In this document: positions 11,062 through 26,913 of the stretch, piece after piece | Numbering within the stretch: position 1 is the first letter of the stretch | Layout: each line of letters begins with the position of its first letter | Assembly (NCBI GenBank): GCA_963823665.1 | Contig: CAWGMQ010000006.1 | Coordinates: 704,001-768,000 of the forward strand | Origin: an uncultured Planctomycetota bacterium | Lineage (GTDB): Bacteria; Planctomycetota; Planctomycetia; Isosphaerales; Isosphaeraceae | Length of the DNA stretch: 64,000 nucleotides | Reading direction: 5' to 3' | Position numbers and translations under genes: made by a program | Notes under the pieces: generated by a model | Told to the model about the DNA's origin: nothing | Database searches by the model: none | What the model saw: only the letters and a program-made list of their open reading frames with translations

Positions 11062-11304
11062 GGGTGAGCCTCGAGCGATGTTCAGAGGCGGGGTGGGCAA
11101 GATGCAGCCATCGCTTGACCGGGGGTGGGCATTCCGGCGGGGTCGGACATTCCGTGTATTAAACATCGGTATAACAAAAAACAAACACCGAGTAAACCCC
11201 TGAGTCTGGTGTTCGCCTGGGGCGAAGTGAGCGACCGATGTGGAATTGCCTGTATAATGCAACGGCCGATCGAAATACTGAAGATCTACGGAGGAGGTCG
11301 TGTG

Positions 11305-12462
11305 ATGAGCGGGTCCTGGCGAATCGGCCGAATTGCGGGCATCGACGTGTTCGTCCACCCGACGTTCTTGCTCCTCCTTGTTTGGGTGATCGTGACGAAC
11401 TACGTCGCGCACAACGATCCGATGGAGGCCTTCGGCGGTCTGTTCTTCATCCTGACCCTCTTTGGAATTGTGGTGTTGCACGAGCTTGGGCATGCGTTGA
11501 CGGCTCGACGATTTGGCATCCGCACCCGCGACATCACGCTGTTGCCGATTGGCGGGGTAGCGCGCCTGGAGAGGATTCCGGAAGTCCCATGGCAAGAGCT
11601 GGTCGTGGCCCTCGCGGGACCGGCGGTGAATGCTGTGCTTGCGGGTGCGATTTACCTCGCTTTGCTTCCTGGGGGCGGCCTGACTTCCGCGAGTGAGGCA
11701 ATGGCCGGCGGCAGCGGCTTCATGCAGCAGTTTTTCTGGGTGAACGTGACGCTCGTGGTTTTCAACCTGCTCCCGGCGTTCCCGATGGACGGCGGGCGGG
11801 TATTGCGGGCTCTCCTGGCCATGCAATTTGACTACGTACGCGCCACCCAGATGGCCGCCGTGATCGGACAGGGCGTGGCGATCTTGTTCGGGTTCCTCGG
11901 GCTGCGCTACAACGTGTTCCTGGTTTTCATCGCGATCTTCGTGTGGGTAGCCGGTGCGCAGGAAGCCGGCCTGGTGCAATTGCGGTCGGCGCTCGGTGGC
12001 ATCCCGGTGATGAGGGTCATGATCAAAGACTTCGCGTCGTTGCGCCCAGACGCTCCGCTCTCGGAAGCGGTTGCTCACGTTTTGTCCGGATTCCAGCAAG
12101 ATTTCCCGGTCGTCGAGGACGGACAACTGGTGGGAGTGCTCACGCGCAACGAGCTTGCAGCCGCACTCGGTCGCCACGGCCCGGATACTCCGGTCGGGGA
12201 GGTGATGCATCGGCAGTTCACAACCACGGACCCGCACGAAACGCTGCAATCGGCCTTTGCGAGGCTTCAGGAAGGCCACAGCCGCAGCCTTCCGGTGGTT
12301 CGAGATGGAAAACTCCTGGGAATGCTCACGGCTGATAACCTCGCCGAGGTGTTGCTCATTCAGGATGCCCTTCGCCAGGGACATCGACGGCCGATGTTCG
12401 ACGGCGAGCGATCATCTCCAGGGGTTGTCGCGCCACACGGCGAAAAGATCGCGGAGACTTGA
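11305..12462 (+). CDS. site-2 protease (M50 metalloprotease) with tandem CBS domains
   Basis: GGAGGAGG RBS; HELGH, AGPAVN, NLLPAFPMDGGR; two CBS domains at C-terminus. Confidence 0.95.
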   Translation: MSGSWRIGRIAGIDVFVHPTFLLLLVWVIVTNYVAHNDPMEAFGGLFFILTLFGIVVLHELGHALTARRFGIRTRDITLLPIGGVARLERIPEVPWQELVVALAGPAVNAVLAGAIYLALLPGGGLTSASEAMAGGSGFMQQFFWVNVTLVVFNLLPAFPMDGGRVLRALLAMQFDYVRATQMAAVIGQGVAILFGFLGLRYNVFLVFIAIFVWVAGAQEAGLVQLRSALGGIPVMRVMIKDFASLRPDAPLSEAVAHVLSGFQQDFPVVEDGQLVGVLTRNELAAALGRHGPDTPVGEVMHRQFTTTDPHETLQSAFARLQEGHSRSLPVVRDGKLLGMLTADNLAEVLLIQDALRQGHRRPMFDGERSSPGVVAPHGEKIAET

Positions 12463-12477
12463 ATCCGAGGTGTTCCA

Positions 12478-13143
12478 ATGCTCTTTCGCTTTCGAGGTGA
12501 ATGCCTGGCTTGCGGTCATGAGTGGGATGGCCTGCGGCGTAAGGTTGAATGTGGCCGCGTGGATTTCCAGCGGCCCGAAAATCATCAGTGCTTCTCGTGT
12601 CTGAAATGCGTGTTTGAGCTTTATTTTCCGCGGGTTCTGAGCCGAAATTCCTGGCTGCGATGGGTTGCGCACAACGTCTCCGAGATGACGCGGGCGCCGC
12701 TGCAGTTGAGTGCCTGCGAGCTTGGCGTCACGATTGACGTGCAGACGCTCGAGGTGATCGCGCGCTCCGAGATTCTGTTGCGTGCATGTGAGCACGTTTC
12801 GCGCAGTCTGGCCGGGGCGGGCTCGCGGTACGAACCGGCGGCGATCGACATCGGGCCAATGAATTGTCCGCACTGTAGCGATGTGCTTTTCACAGGTGAA
12901 CTGAATGGCGAGCTGTTAGTGTGTCCGGTGTGCGAAGACCGGCGTGCGACCTGGAGCAGTGAATCTCAGCCGGCGATCGTCCGAGTCGATTACTTTCCGC
13001 TCGATGCCAACGACGTGCGAAGTGTGGTCCGACACCTTGGAGAGCTGGCCGAACCTCCCAGGAGGCATCTTTCAAAGGCAGTGCCCGCATTGCCAGCCGC
13101 CACCGTGCTCGCCTCGGTGTGGGACCGAGAGTTGGACGGCTGA
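12478..13143 (+). CDS. cysteine-rich hypothetical protein (four CxxC pairs, putative zinc ribbons)
   Basis: CLAC, CLKC, CPHC, CPVC; GAGG RBS; starts 16 nt after the M50 stop. Confidence 0.7.
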   Translation: MLFRFRGECLACGHEWDGLRRKVECGRVDFQRPENHQCFSCLKCVFELYFPRVLSRNSWLRWVAHNVSEMTRAPLQLSACELGVTIDVQTLEVIARSEILLRACEHVSRSLAGAGSRYEPAAIDIGPMNCPHCSDVLFTGELNGELLVCPVCEDRRATWSSESQPAIVRVDYFPLDANDVRSVVRHLGELAEPPRRHLSKAVPALPAATVLASVWDRELDG

Positions 13144-13173
13144 TCCTGGACGGATGAGTGTGGTCCCCCGAAG

Positions 13174-13563
13174 TCAAGAGCGGCTTTGTGGCTCCGTGTT
13201 CCGTTCGGCAGCTTCCCTCGCTGCCCGGCGGCGCTCGGCCTTGGCGTCTTCGAGCTTGAGCCAGCGTTCGATACCGTCGACCACCGGCGGCAAGCTCGAG
13301 AACGCATTGATGAATCCAAGCAGGATGATGCCGTGACCGATACGCACTCGAAGGTGGGAAACGTCTTCTTTGAACGTGTCATAGGCCTCGATGAACCCAC
13401 TGACGATGAGGATGATCGCCACCACGAGCCTGGTTATGGGGTGATCCACGAAGGCTCTCATGGCGTGGAGGAACGGCCACCGTGCTTTCGGCTCGTCGAT
13501 CGAGCCTGGCGCAGCAGGAGGTGATTCGGTGCTGTCCGGCACTTCGCGACTTGGCGCAGCCAT
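13174..13563 (-). CDS. small two-TM membrane protein
   Basis: ATG 13563 with GAGGGG RBS; two hydrophobic helices (LVVAIILIVSGFI, IGHGIILLGFINAF). Confidence 0.65.
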   Translation of the reverse strand: MAAPSREVPDSTESPPAAPGSIDEPKARWPFLHAMRAFVDHPITRLVVAIILIVSGFIEAYDTFKEDVSHLRVRIGHGIILLGFINAFSSLPPVVDGIERWLKLEDAKAERRRAAREAAERNTEPQSRS

Positions 13564-13766
13564 CGTCCCCTCAGATGTCCGCGGCTCGGCGGATTGACGG
13601 TATATTCGATCGATTTTGAGGCGAGGTCGAGGGGAATTATCGCGCAGATGACGGAGATCCGCAAGGAGCACAACTGGAAAGCACATGCGCACAGTGCTAG
13701 AAAGACGATTGGGCCACACGGAGCCCACGCTCGAACTGAGCAAGGTTCGCGAAAACGGCGGCAAGG

Positions 13767-14066
13767 TCACGTGAGGGGCGACGAAGCCGGCACAAAACGG
13801 CGGTCGATCACGATCCAGCGACCACCGAGATCGGCGCCGCGGACGTTCAGTCGCCAAACGGCGAGACCGGCCGGGTCGCTGCCCAGCCGCGACGCGGTTC
13901 CCACAGGTGAGCTTTCGTCGAAATCCTCCAGAACGCTGATGCGGCGCATCGAATCTTCGAACATCAACAGACCCACACTCGGGCCGACATCGGCGCAATA
14001 CCACATCGCGTCGCTCCAACTCGTCGAGAGAGGGCTTCGTCCGAACAGCGCGAGGATGTCCACAAC
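13767..14066 (-). CDS. hypothetical protein, start uncertain
   Basis: Protein-like C-terminal half (AVWRLNVRGADLGGRWIVIDRRFVP); same strand as neighbours. Confidence 0.4.
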   Translation of the reverse strand, partial: VVDILALFGRSPLSTSWSDAMWYCADVGPSVGLLMFEDSMRRISVLEDFDESSPVGTASRLGSDPAGLAVWRLNVRGADLGGRWIVIDRRFVPASSPLT

Positions 14067-14203
14067 AAACGATCGCCGGTGCGATGCGGCGCCGGGAATA
14101 TGGTTCCTCGCTTGAATCGGACAAACCGCGTGTATCCTCAATCCACTCTATGTCATAAATCGAGATCCCGTGGACAGATCCCGACGACGGTCCCGTGAAA
14201 TCG

Positions 14204-14323
14204 CTACATCCGTCTGATACGAAGGTAGCGGCCAGCGTCCGGGATGAAGCACACGACGCCGACGATTCCGAGGATAAGCAAGTTGACGACTCCCAGGCAG
14301 ATTCCGGCGAGTTTTTCCAACAT
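14204..14323 (-). CDS. 39-aa single-TM small protein ending PDxxRYLRIRRM (DUF6893-like)
   Basis: MLEKLAGICLGVVNLLILGIVGVVCFIPDAGRYLRIRRM*, RBS GAAAGGAAGG, sigma54 motif upstream; below ORF-track length cutoff. Confidence 0.75.
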   Translation of the reverse strand: MLEKLAGICLGVVNLLILGIVGVVCFIPDAGRYLRIRRM

Positions 14324-14368
14324 CGGGGTACCTTCCTTTCATACAGGCCAACAGCATTGGAACTGTCG

Positions 14369-14385
14369 AGCAAAGCACATGCCAG
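14369..14385 (-). promoter_or_regulatory. sigma54 (-24/-12) promoter
   Basis: CTGGCATGTGCTTTGCT = TGGCAYR-N4-TTGCW with exact GG-N10-GC spacing, about 45 nt upstream of the 39-aa ORF. Confidence 0.7.
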
Positions 14386-14443
14386 TTCCAGTCTGCGCTT
14401 GCCGAAACCCGTCACACGCACGCAGGCGCTTAGCTTGCACATG

Positions 14444-16768
14444 TCAGCTCGTCCCCGGGAAGCCAGACACCAGTTCGACGCCCTCGCTCCGCTGCCACGC
14501 GGCTGCAACGGCAAGCTGACCCAAGCTGATGCCGCCGTCGTTCGGGGGCACTCGTCGGTGGCGATAGACGCGGAATCCGTCGGCCTCGAGTCGTGGGAGA
14601 ACCTCGGTCGCCAGCAGAGCGTTCATGAACACGCCGCCGGAGAGCACCACCACCTCCAAGCCTGAGACCTCTCGCAGCCTGGCGCAAACCCGCGCGATCA
14701 ACTCGACCATCGTTGAATGGAATCGACGCCCGATGACGCCGGGGGAGACGCCGTTGCGCGCATCCCGCCAGACGTCATCGATCAGGCCCGACATGTCTAG
14801 CACGATTGGACATATACGGCTGGAAGCATTGATCGCTTCCGTCATCTCGAAAGGATAGGAGCCGTCGGGGGCGACCTGGGATGCCAGCCATTCCAGCTCG
14901 ATTGCCGCTTGACCCTCGTACGAGACACTGTGCCTGACTCCCGCAAGAGCCGCGACGGCGTCGAAAAGTCGTCCCGCGCTGGTTGTGATTGGCGCGTGCA
15001 CCCTCCGATCGAGCATCTGACGCACCGCCCGCAAACCCTGCGCCGGACCCAGCGTGGCCGCCGAGCTGCCATCCAGACCGGCGTCGTGAAGATAGGCGAC
15101 TGCCATCCGCCACGGCTCGCGCACCGCGGCCTCGCCACCTGGCATACGTATCGGCCGCAAGTGCGCAGCCCGGCGGAAGACGCGGTAGTCGCCAATCAAG
15201 AACTCTCCACCCCAGATCGTGCCGTCAGTGCCATAGCCCGTTCCATCGAACGTGACGCCAATCACCGGCTCGTCCAACATATTATCAGCCATACAACTCG
15301 TCATGTGCGCATGATGATGTTGAACGGCCAATGTCGGGCGGCCGGCGGCCTGGCTCTGAGCATAGAGTGTGGAACGGTAATCGGGATGCAAATCGTGGAC
15401 CAGGTAATCGGCGTGACAGTCGAACAATTGTTCATAATGAGCGATCGCCTGGGAATGTGAGCGCGCTGCCTCGTAGTAGTCGAGGTCCCCGATATGGTGG
15501 CTAAGGAAGGCGTTATGGTCGCGCGCCAGCGCGAACGTCGCCTTCATCTGGCCGCCGGTGGCGAGCGTGGGGAGTTTGCACGGCACGGGCATCCGGATCG
15601 GTTCGGGCGCGTGGCCTCGCGAGCGCCGCAGCGGTAGCTCGCCGCCGGCGACGATGCGAGTGACCGAATCGTCGCATCGGATGTGAATCGGCCGGTTGTG
15701 CGAGAGGAAGAAGTCCGCGACGGTGCCAAGCCGCGCGAGCGCGTCGCGGTCGTCGTAGGCGATCGGTTCATCGGATTGGTTTCCGCTGGTCATCACCAAG
15801 GGCGTGCCGGGAATTTCGTCGAGCAGCAGGTGGTGGAGTGGCGTGTAAGGCAGCATCACGCCGAGGAACGGGTTTCCGGGCGCGACCTCCTCCGCGATGT
15901 CGATGCCCGGTTTCCGGCGCAAGAGCACGATCGGCCGGCTTCTCGAGGTGAGCAATTCGGCTTCCTCCGGCGCGATCTCGCAGAGTGCGGCAGCGGCAGA
16001 AAGGTCGGCCACCATTACGCCAAACGGCTTCTCATTCCTGCGCTTTCGAGCGCGCAATTCGGCTACGGCGCGTCGATCGCGCGCCAAACAGGCAAGGTGA
16101 TAGCCGCCCAGGCCCTTGATCGCCGCGATTGATCCAGCTCGCAAAGCCTGGGCTGACTGCGCGATCGGGTCCGTGGCGGGAATCTCGCGTCCGGAGCACT
16201 CGAGGAGCTTCAGTCGTGGGCCGCAGTCCGGGCAGGCGGTGGGCTGGGCGTGAAAGCGACGGTTCTGAGGGTCCTCGTATTCGGCCCGGCACGATCTGCA
16301 CATGGCGAACGGCGCCATTGTCGTGCGCTCGCGGTCGTACGGCGATCCCGTGATGATTGTGAGGCGCGGCCCGCAATTGGTGCAGTTGAGAAATGGATAA
16401 CGGTAGCGGCGATCGCCGGGGTCGAACAGCTCGGCCAGGCAGTCGTCGCAGGTAGCGATATCGGGGGAGATGAAGATCGAAGCCGAATCGGCGAGGTCGC
16501 TTGGTTCGATCCGGAATGTCATATCGCCGCGCGGCGTTTGTGTGGACCAGTGCACGCGGTCGATCCGCGCCAGCGGCGGGGGGCGATTGCTGAGCGCAGA
16601 AAGGAACACGTCGAGGTCTCCCGAATCTCCTTCGACCTCGATCAAGACTGAGCCGGCGGAGTTCTTGACAAAGCCGTGGAGGTGTAGGTCCGACGCGAGC
16701 GCATACACGAACGGCCGGAACCCGACCCCTTGGACGATGCCACTGACGGTGATCGCCCGGCGGTCCAT
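14444..16768 (-). CDS. hypF: carbamoyltransferase HypF ([NiFe]-hydrogenase maturation)
   Basis: GIVQGVGFRPF acylphosphatase domain, four CxxC zinc-finger pairs, KGLGGYHL, HDLHPDY, QHHHAH, DGTGYG, PPNDGGISLGQ. Confidence 0.97.
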   Translation of the reverse strand: MDRRAITVSGIVQGVGFRPFVYALASDLHLHGFVKNSAGSVLIEVEGDSGDLDVFLSALSNRPPPLARIDRVHWSTQTPRGDMTFRIEPSDLADSASIFISPDIATCDDCLAELFDPGDRRYRYPFLNCTNCGPRLTIITGSPYDRERTTMAPFAMCRSCRAEYEDPQNRRFHAQPTACPDCGPRLKLLECSGREIPATDPIAQSAQALRAGSIAAIKGLGGYHLACLARDRRAVAELRARKRRNEKPFGVMVADLSAAAALCEIAPEEAELLTSRSRPIVLLRRKPGIDIAEEVAPGNPFLGVMLPYTPLHHLLLDEIPGTPLVMTSGNQSDEPIAYDDRDALARLGTVADFFLSHNRPIHIRCDDSVTRIVAGGELPLRRSRGHAPEPIRMPVPCKLPTLATGGQMKATFALARDHNAFLSHHIGDLDYYEAARSHSQAIAHYEQLFDCHADYLVHDLHPDYRSTLYAQSQAAGRPTLAVQHHHAHMTSCMADNMLDEPVIGVTFDGTGYGTDGTIWGGEFLIGDYRVFRRAAHLRPIRMPGGEAAVREPWRMAVAYLHDAGLDGSSAATLGPAQGLRAVRQMLDRRVHAPITTSAGRLFDAVAALAGVRHSVSYEGQAAIELEWLASQVAPDGSYPFEMTEAINASSRICPIVLDMSGLIDDVWRDARNGVSPGVIGRRFHSTMVELIARVCARLREVSGLEVVVLSGGVFMNALLATEVLPRLEADGFRVYRHRRVPPNDGGISLGQLAVAAAWQRSEGVELVSGFPGTS

Positions 16769-16877
16769 GCAGTCCGCTCCGCTCTCGCGGCAAATGGGGA
16801 AGGAATGGGCCCGAGAAGTGTCGGATTGACCCATATCCCGGAAAATACTCAGCACGCTTGTTGTCGAATGTAAGATA

Positions 16878-19037
16878 TCAGGCTGGCGAAAGGAGTGGCG
16901 AGGGGGATACGTACGCGCGGGGTTTGGCGGCTTTCGTCGCGAATAACTGGAGCAGGACAGCGCAGTCAACCGGCTTCGTCAGGTGATGATCGAAGCCGGC
17001 CTGGTATGCGCGAAGTTGATCTTCCTTCTGCCCGTAGCCGGTGACCGCGATGAGAGTTGGTTGCCGCGCCGCCGGGTCATTGCGAATGTGGCGGGCCACA
17101 TCGTAACCGTCCATGCCCGGCAGCCCGATGTCGAGCACGACGAATTCGGGCTGGAAGGCCGTTGCTTCCTCGAGCGCGCTGGGCCCATCAAGGGCGATCC
17201 TGACCTGGTGGCCGGCCAGGGCGAGCATCTTCATCAAGCTTTCGGCAACCCGGGGATAGTCGTCCACGATCAGGATTCGGCGCGCGTGGGAGGGTGCCGC
17301 ATCGTGCGCCTGCCGATTGGTTTTTGAATCCAGGGCGGTTGCTTGTTCGAGCGCCGGCAGCCGGATGACGAACTGGCTGCCGCGATTGGCGCCTTCGCTA
17401 CTGGCTTGCACGGTACCGCCGTGTAGCTCGACGAGCCTGCGCACAAGCGTCAGCCCGATGCCGAGGCCGCCTTGTGCACGGTCGAGAGAGTGGTCAACTT
17501 GAGTAAAAAGGTCGAAGATGGCCGAGAGTTTCTCGGCGGAAATACCAACGCCGTTATCGCGAACGCTGAAGACGGCGTCGGGCCCGGCGCGGACGAGTTC
17601 CACATCAATCTTTCCACCCGGCTCGGTATACTTGGCGGCGTTATTGAGCAGGTTGGCGAGCACCTGCGCCAGGCGCACCGGGTCGGCCTTGATCGGCAAC
17701 GGCTGATTGGGAACGGACAGCTTGAGCGTGTGCTTTCGGTCCTCGAGAAGCGGCCTGCTCGTTTCGACCGCCCGATCAACCACCGACCTGGAGTCGATCG
17801 TCTCAACTCGGAGCTGGATTTTCCCCCCGGTGATCCGCGAGATATCAAGGAGATCGTCGACCAGCCTGACCAGATGGTCGACCTGGCGTGCGATGACTTC
17901 GCTCGCCCAGTTCAGGTCTTCATTATCAATCTCGAGCATCTTGAGCAGCTCGGCGGCGCTCCGGATCGGTGCGAGCGGGTTTCGCAGCTCGTGCGCAAGC
18001 ATCGCCAGGAATTCATTCTTGCGACGGTCGTTCTCCTCGACGTGTCGGTAGAGCCTGGCGTTTTCGATCGCGACGGCCGCGCGCGCAGCAAGGTCTTCGA
18101 TCAATGAAACCTCGTCGGCCTCGAACGGTGGGGCGGGATGGCGCCGGGCGATTGCGAGCGCGCCAAAGGTGTGCCCACGAACTTGAAGCGGGACCGCGAG
18201 CCCGGCGCACGCACCAACCTCACCCAGCGCGTTCGAGATCTGCGTGGCTTCGGTGAGCGCGGAGATCTCGGCGACCTGCGGACAAGTTTCAGGCTTTCCG
18301 GTTTCAACGACGCGGCCGAGGATTGCGGAGAAGGGCTCAATGACCTGACCGGCGTCGAATGTGAGGTGACGTGTCCAGGCTCGGGATGGGTCGATCCAGG
18401 CGACCTCGGAGACAGGGTTTCCATAGCCCGGATCGATTGCCAGGGAAAGCAAGCAGAGATCGCCCAGGAACGGCACGGCCTGCCGGACGAGCCCTTGTGC
18501 GATGGCTTGCTGGTCGAGGGACCCTCCCAGCACGTTGCTGGCTTCGGCCAGGAACGCCAGGCGGCGGTTCGCAGCTTCGGCGGCGGCCCTGGCTGCTTCT
18601 GCGCGGGCAAGCGCCACGCGTTCTTCGGCCTGCCTGCTGACCTGGAGCGTTTTCTTGTAGAGGTCAACGAAGACGCCGACCTTCGTCCGCAAGATCTGGG
18701 GCACAACCGGCGAGAGGATGTAGTCAACGGCACCCAGCGAATAGCCCTGAGCGGTGTGCATCTCGTCGTTGAAGGCGGTGACGAAGATGATCGGTGTCTG
18801 CGCCGTCTGGCGGCGGCTGCGAATCATCGCCGCCGTCTCGAATCCATCCATGCCGGGCATGTTCACGTCGAGCAAAATGACGGCGAAGTCGCGCTCGAGT
18901 AGCAGGCGCAGGGCGTCGCGTCCCGACCGCGCAGCGACGACGTTCTGGCCCAGGCCCTCGAGGATCGTCTCGTACACCAGGAGTTTCTCGGGCAGGTCGT
19001 CCACCACCAGGATGTCGACCTTTTCGTCGTTGGCCAT
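16878..19037 (-). CDS. hybrid sensor histidine kinase REC-GAF-HisKA-HATPase-REC
   Basis: ILVVDD..LLDVNMPGMDG; GAF ending AIENARLY; FLAMLAHELRNPL; NLLNNAAKYT, DNGVG, GGLGIGL; C-terminal LDIGLPGMDG. Confidence 0.95.
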   Translation of the reverse strand: MANDEKVDILVVDDLPEKLLVYETILEGLGQNVVAARSGRDALRLLLERDFAVILLDVNMPGMDGFETAAMIRSRRQTAQTPIIFVTAFNDEMHTAQGYSLGAVDYILSPVVPQILRTKVGVFVDLYKKTLQVSRQAEERVALARAEAARAAAEAANRRLAFLAEASNVLGGSLDQQAIAQGLVRQAVPFLGDLCLLSLAIDPGYGNPVSEVAWIDPSRAWTRHLTFDAGQVIEPFSAILGRVVETGKPETCPQVAEISALTEATQISNALGEVGACAGLAVPLQVRGHTFGALAIARRHPAPPFEADEVSLIEDLAARAAVAIENARLYRHVEENDRRKNEFLAMLAHELRNPLAPIRSAAELLKMLEIDNEDLNWASEVIARQVDHLVRLVDDLLDISRITGGKIQLRVETIDSRSVVDRAVETSRPLLEDRKHTLKLSVPNQPLPIKADPVRLAQVLANLLNNAAKYTEPGGKIDVELVRAGPDAVFSVRDNGVGISAEKLSAIFDLFTQVDHSLDRAQGGLGIGLTLVRRLVELHGGTVQASSEGANRGSQFVIRLPALEQATALDSKTNRQAHDAAPSHARRILIVDDYPRVAESLMKMLALAGHQVRIALDGPSALEEATAFQPEFVVLDIGLPGMDGYDVARHIRNDPAARQPTLIAVTGYGQKEDQLRAYQAGFDHHLTKPVDCAVLLQLFATKAAKPRAYVSPSPLLSPA

Positions 19038-19126
19038 GCGCGTTGACCGTTTGCCAGAGTTGAAGTCAGGTATGAGCACGTGACGTAATTCAAGTAACGG
19101 CAACCGAGATCGTGATTCTGTTGCAC

Positions 19127-24960
<5,834 letters not shown>

Positions 24961-25415
24961 AGAGGCTTTCTGATTCCGCTGGCGATGTCTCGAGTTGCAA
25001 GGCGAGAAGCTGCTCTAGAAATAGGACCCGATCAGCCGTCAAGCAACGAGAATTGGGAATCGCGGCGCCCAATAATGCGCACGCTGTCTCCCCGCCCCAA
25101 CCCCCGAGACCACGGGGGCCTTTCGCACCGGCGCGAGATCTGAAGCGTGCTAAGCACAGGATTTCCGTGTCCTTCGAGCCATCCAGGCGATCTCGCCCAT
25201 GAATGCCGACGCTGCAAAGGGCCGCAACGAATTCGAGCAAACCCCATGCCGACTTCGCCGGAACAATCTGCGGTGTGTTTCGGTGCACCAATTTGATGCC
25301 GCGTGGCGCTCGCGAAATTGAGCATGGCATCAATCCGATCGCAGAGTTTTTCGCCCGTTGTTTTCGCATCGAAAAAAGCCATTCGAACATAGTGAACAAA
25401 CCGGTCCGATCATTT

Positions 25416-25830
25416 TGGCAATTTGGCAGTACCATTGCCATGACGGTCGATCGATCACTTGGAAACGCACTCGCCAGATCCGATCCTTTGATTCAGATTC
25501 AACATACGGAGCAGCGTTCCCCGCCCCGGATGACCGCTCGAACGTTTGAAAAATGGCAATAAGTGGCAATTATACGAGGGTCATCAAGCATCCGTACACC
25601 GGTGTAAATTGGCGGTTTTCAGCAGCGGCCGATGGTGCCATCGATCGCACGTTGAAGCTCGCTGAACGCAGTCGGAATCATGGTCTGTTCCCCCGAGCAG
25701 GTCAGGCTTCAGCCTGACGTGATTAAAGGAATCAACCCCCCAGGTTCTCGCCCCCGTTTGGCGACAACCGAGCGCCGCTCTTTACCCATATGATCTACAA
25801 AAGGGTCGAGCCAGTTTCGTGAAATTGCCA
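25416..25830. promoter_or_regulatory. cluster of TGGCAAT/ATTGCCA motifs including a TGGCA-N7-TGCCA palindrome
   Basis: Copies at 25416, 25424, 25434(inv), 25554, 25564, 25824(inv) in an AT-richer divergent intergenic region. Confidence 0.4.
25697..25718 (+). repeat. REP-like palindrome GCAG-GTCAGGC-TTCA-GCCTGAC
   Basis: Perfect 7-bp stem; near-identical copy at 59121. Confidence 0.65.
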
Positions 25831-26128
25831 GAATTTCGCCTGTTTTCATCAACCGGGGGCCAGTTGTGCCGGTCGTAGGCGAAGGTCCGTAAAATTGACC
25901 ATCCAAAGCGGTAAAGTTGCCTCGAAGCCCAATGAGTCCGCGACGAACAAGGACGGGGCGGCGCTTTGCCGTGACGTCTTGGCTACCTTGCCCGCGAGCG
26001 CTCGCGCATCGTCCGTACTGTTACTCGAAGAAGCCCAGCTTTGAGCCAGTCCGGAGTTCGGGGCCTGTTCAAAGGCAGGGAGCACTCCTGGACAGCGTTC
26101 GTGTACAATCGCGCAGCCGGCGCTCTCC

Positions 26129-26149
26129 GTAGGGTGGGTGAAACCCACC
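26129..26149 (+). repeat. GTAG-type REP-like palindrome
   Basis: GTAG-GGTGGGT-GAA-ACCCACC. Confidence 0.65.
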
Positions 26150-26190
26150 ATCCGATTTGCGCGCCCCGGTGAAATGTCCGGAGCACCAAC

Positions 26191-26913
26191 ATGTCGAGCG
26201 TCATCACTTGGCCGGACATCACCTTGCGGCTCACACTCGCGATCGCCGCCGGAGGCATGATCGGCCTGAACCGCGGCGAGCACGGCCTGCCGGCAGGTCT
26301 GCGCACGACCCTGCTCGTGTGCCTCGCGGCCTGTCTCTCGATGATCCAGGCCAACTTGCTTCTCGCAAGCGCCGGCAAGCCAGCGGATTCATTTGTGACG
26401 ATGGATGTGATGCGCCTACCACTGGGCATCTTGTCCGGAATGGGTTTCATCGGCGGCGGCGTGATCCTGAAGCGTGAGAACCTGGTGCTGGGCGTCACAA
26501 CCGCGGCCACGCTCTGGTTCGTCACCGTGCTGGGTCTGTGTTTCGGCGGTGGCCAGATTGCATTGGGAATCATCGCGTTCGCGCTTGGGATACTCGTGCT
26601 GCATTTCCTGAAGACGCTCGAGATGAAGATTCGCACCTTACGGCGCGGCACGCTGATCGTAACCCTGAGTCAATCCGGCGCCGGAGAGTCCGAGCTCCGA
26701 AAGATCATCTTCGCGAGTACGTTTCAGATCGTATCGACGGGCACGGTGTACGACCGCTCGACCGAGCAGCGGTCGTGGACGCTCGAGCTTCGCTGGCGAG
26801 CGTTTCCACACGAGTCCGACGAGCCCGGATTCCTGCAGACGCTCGCAAACCTCGAAGGCTTCAAGTCCCTCAACTGGCGCCCCCAAGGCCTGCGGGCGTA
26901 CATGGAGGAATAG
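26191..26913 (+). CDS. mgtC: MgtC/SapB family membrane protein
   Basis: IGLNR..PAGLRT, RLPLGILSGMGFIGGG, GVTTAATLW. Confidence 0.88.
   Translation: MSSVITWPDITLRLTLAIAAGGMIGLNRGEHGLPAGLRTTLLVCLAACLSMIQANLLLASAGKPADSFVTMDVMRLPLGILSGMGFIGGGVILKRENLVLGVTTAATLWFVTVLGLCFGGGQIALGIIAFALGILVLHFLKTLEMKIRTLRRGTLIVTLSQSGAGESELRKIIFASTFQIVSTGTVYDRSTEQRSWTLELRWRAFPHESDEPGFLQTLANLEGFKSLNWRPQGLRAYMEE

Noticed and set aside
11062..12384. N-terminal 440 aa of the 1260-aa track ORF
   Set aside because: Antisense shadow of the M50-CBS gene; DUF1549 similarity starts after 11061
13564..14514. 446-aa track ORF 13174-14514 as one protein, or a hypC after hypF
   Set aside because: The upstream part is non-protein-like and overlaps the 39-aa ORF and promoter; no MCLxxP HypC motif is present
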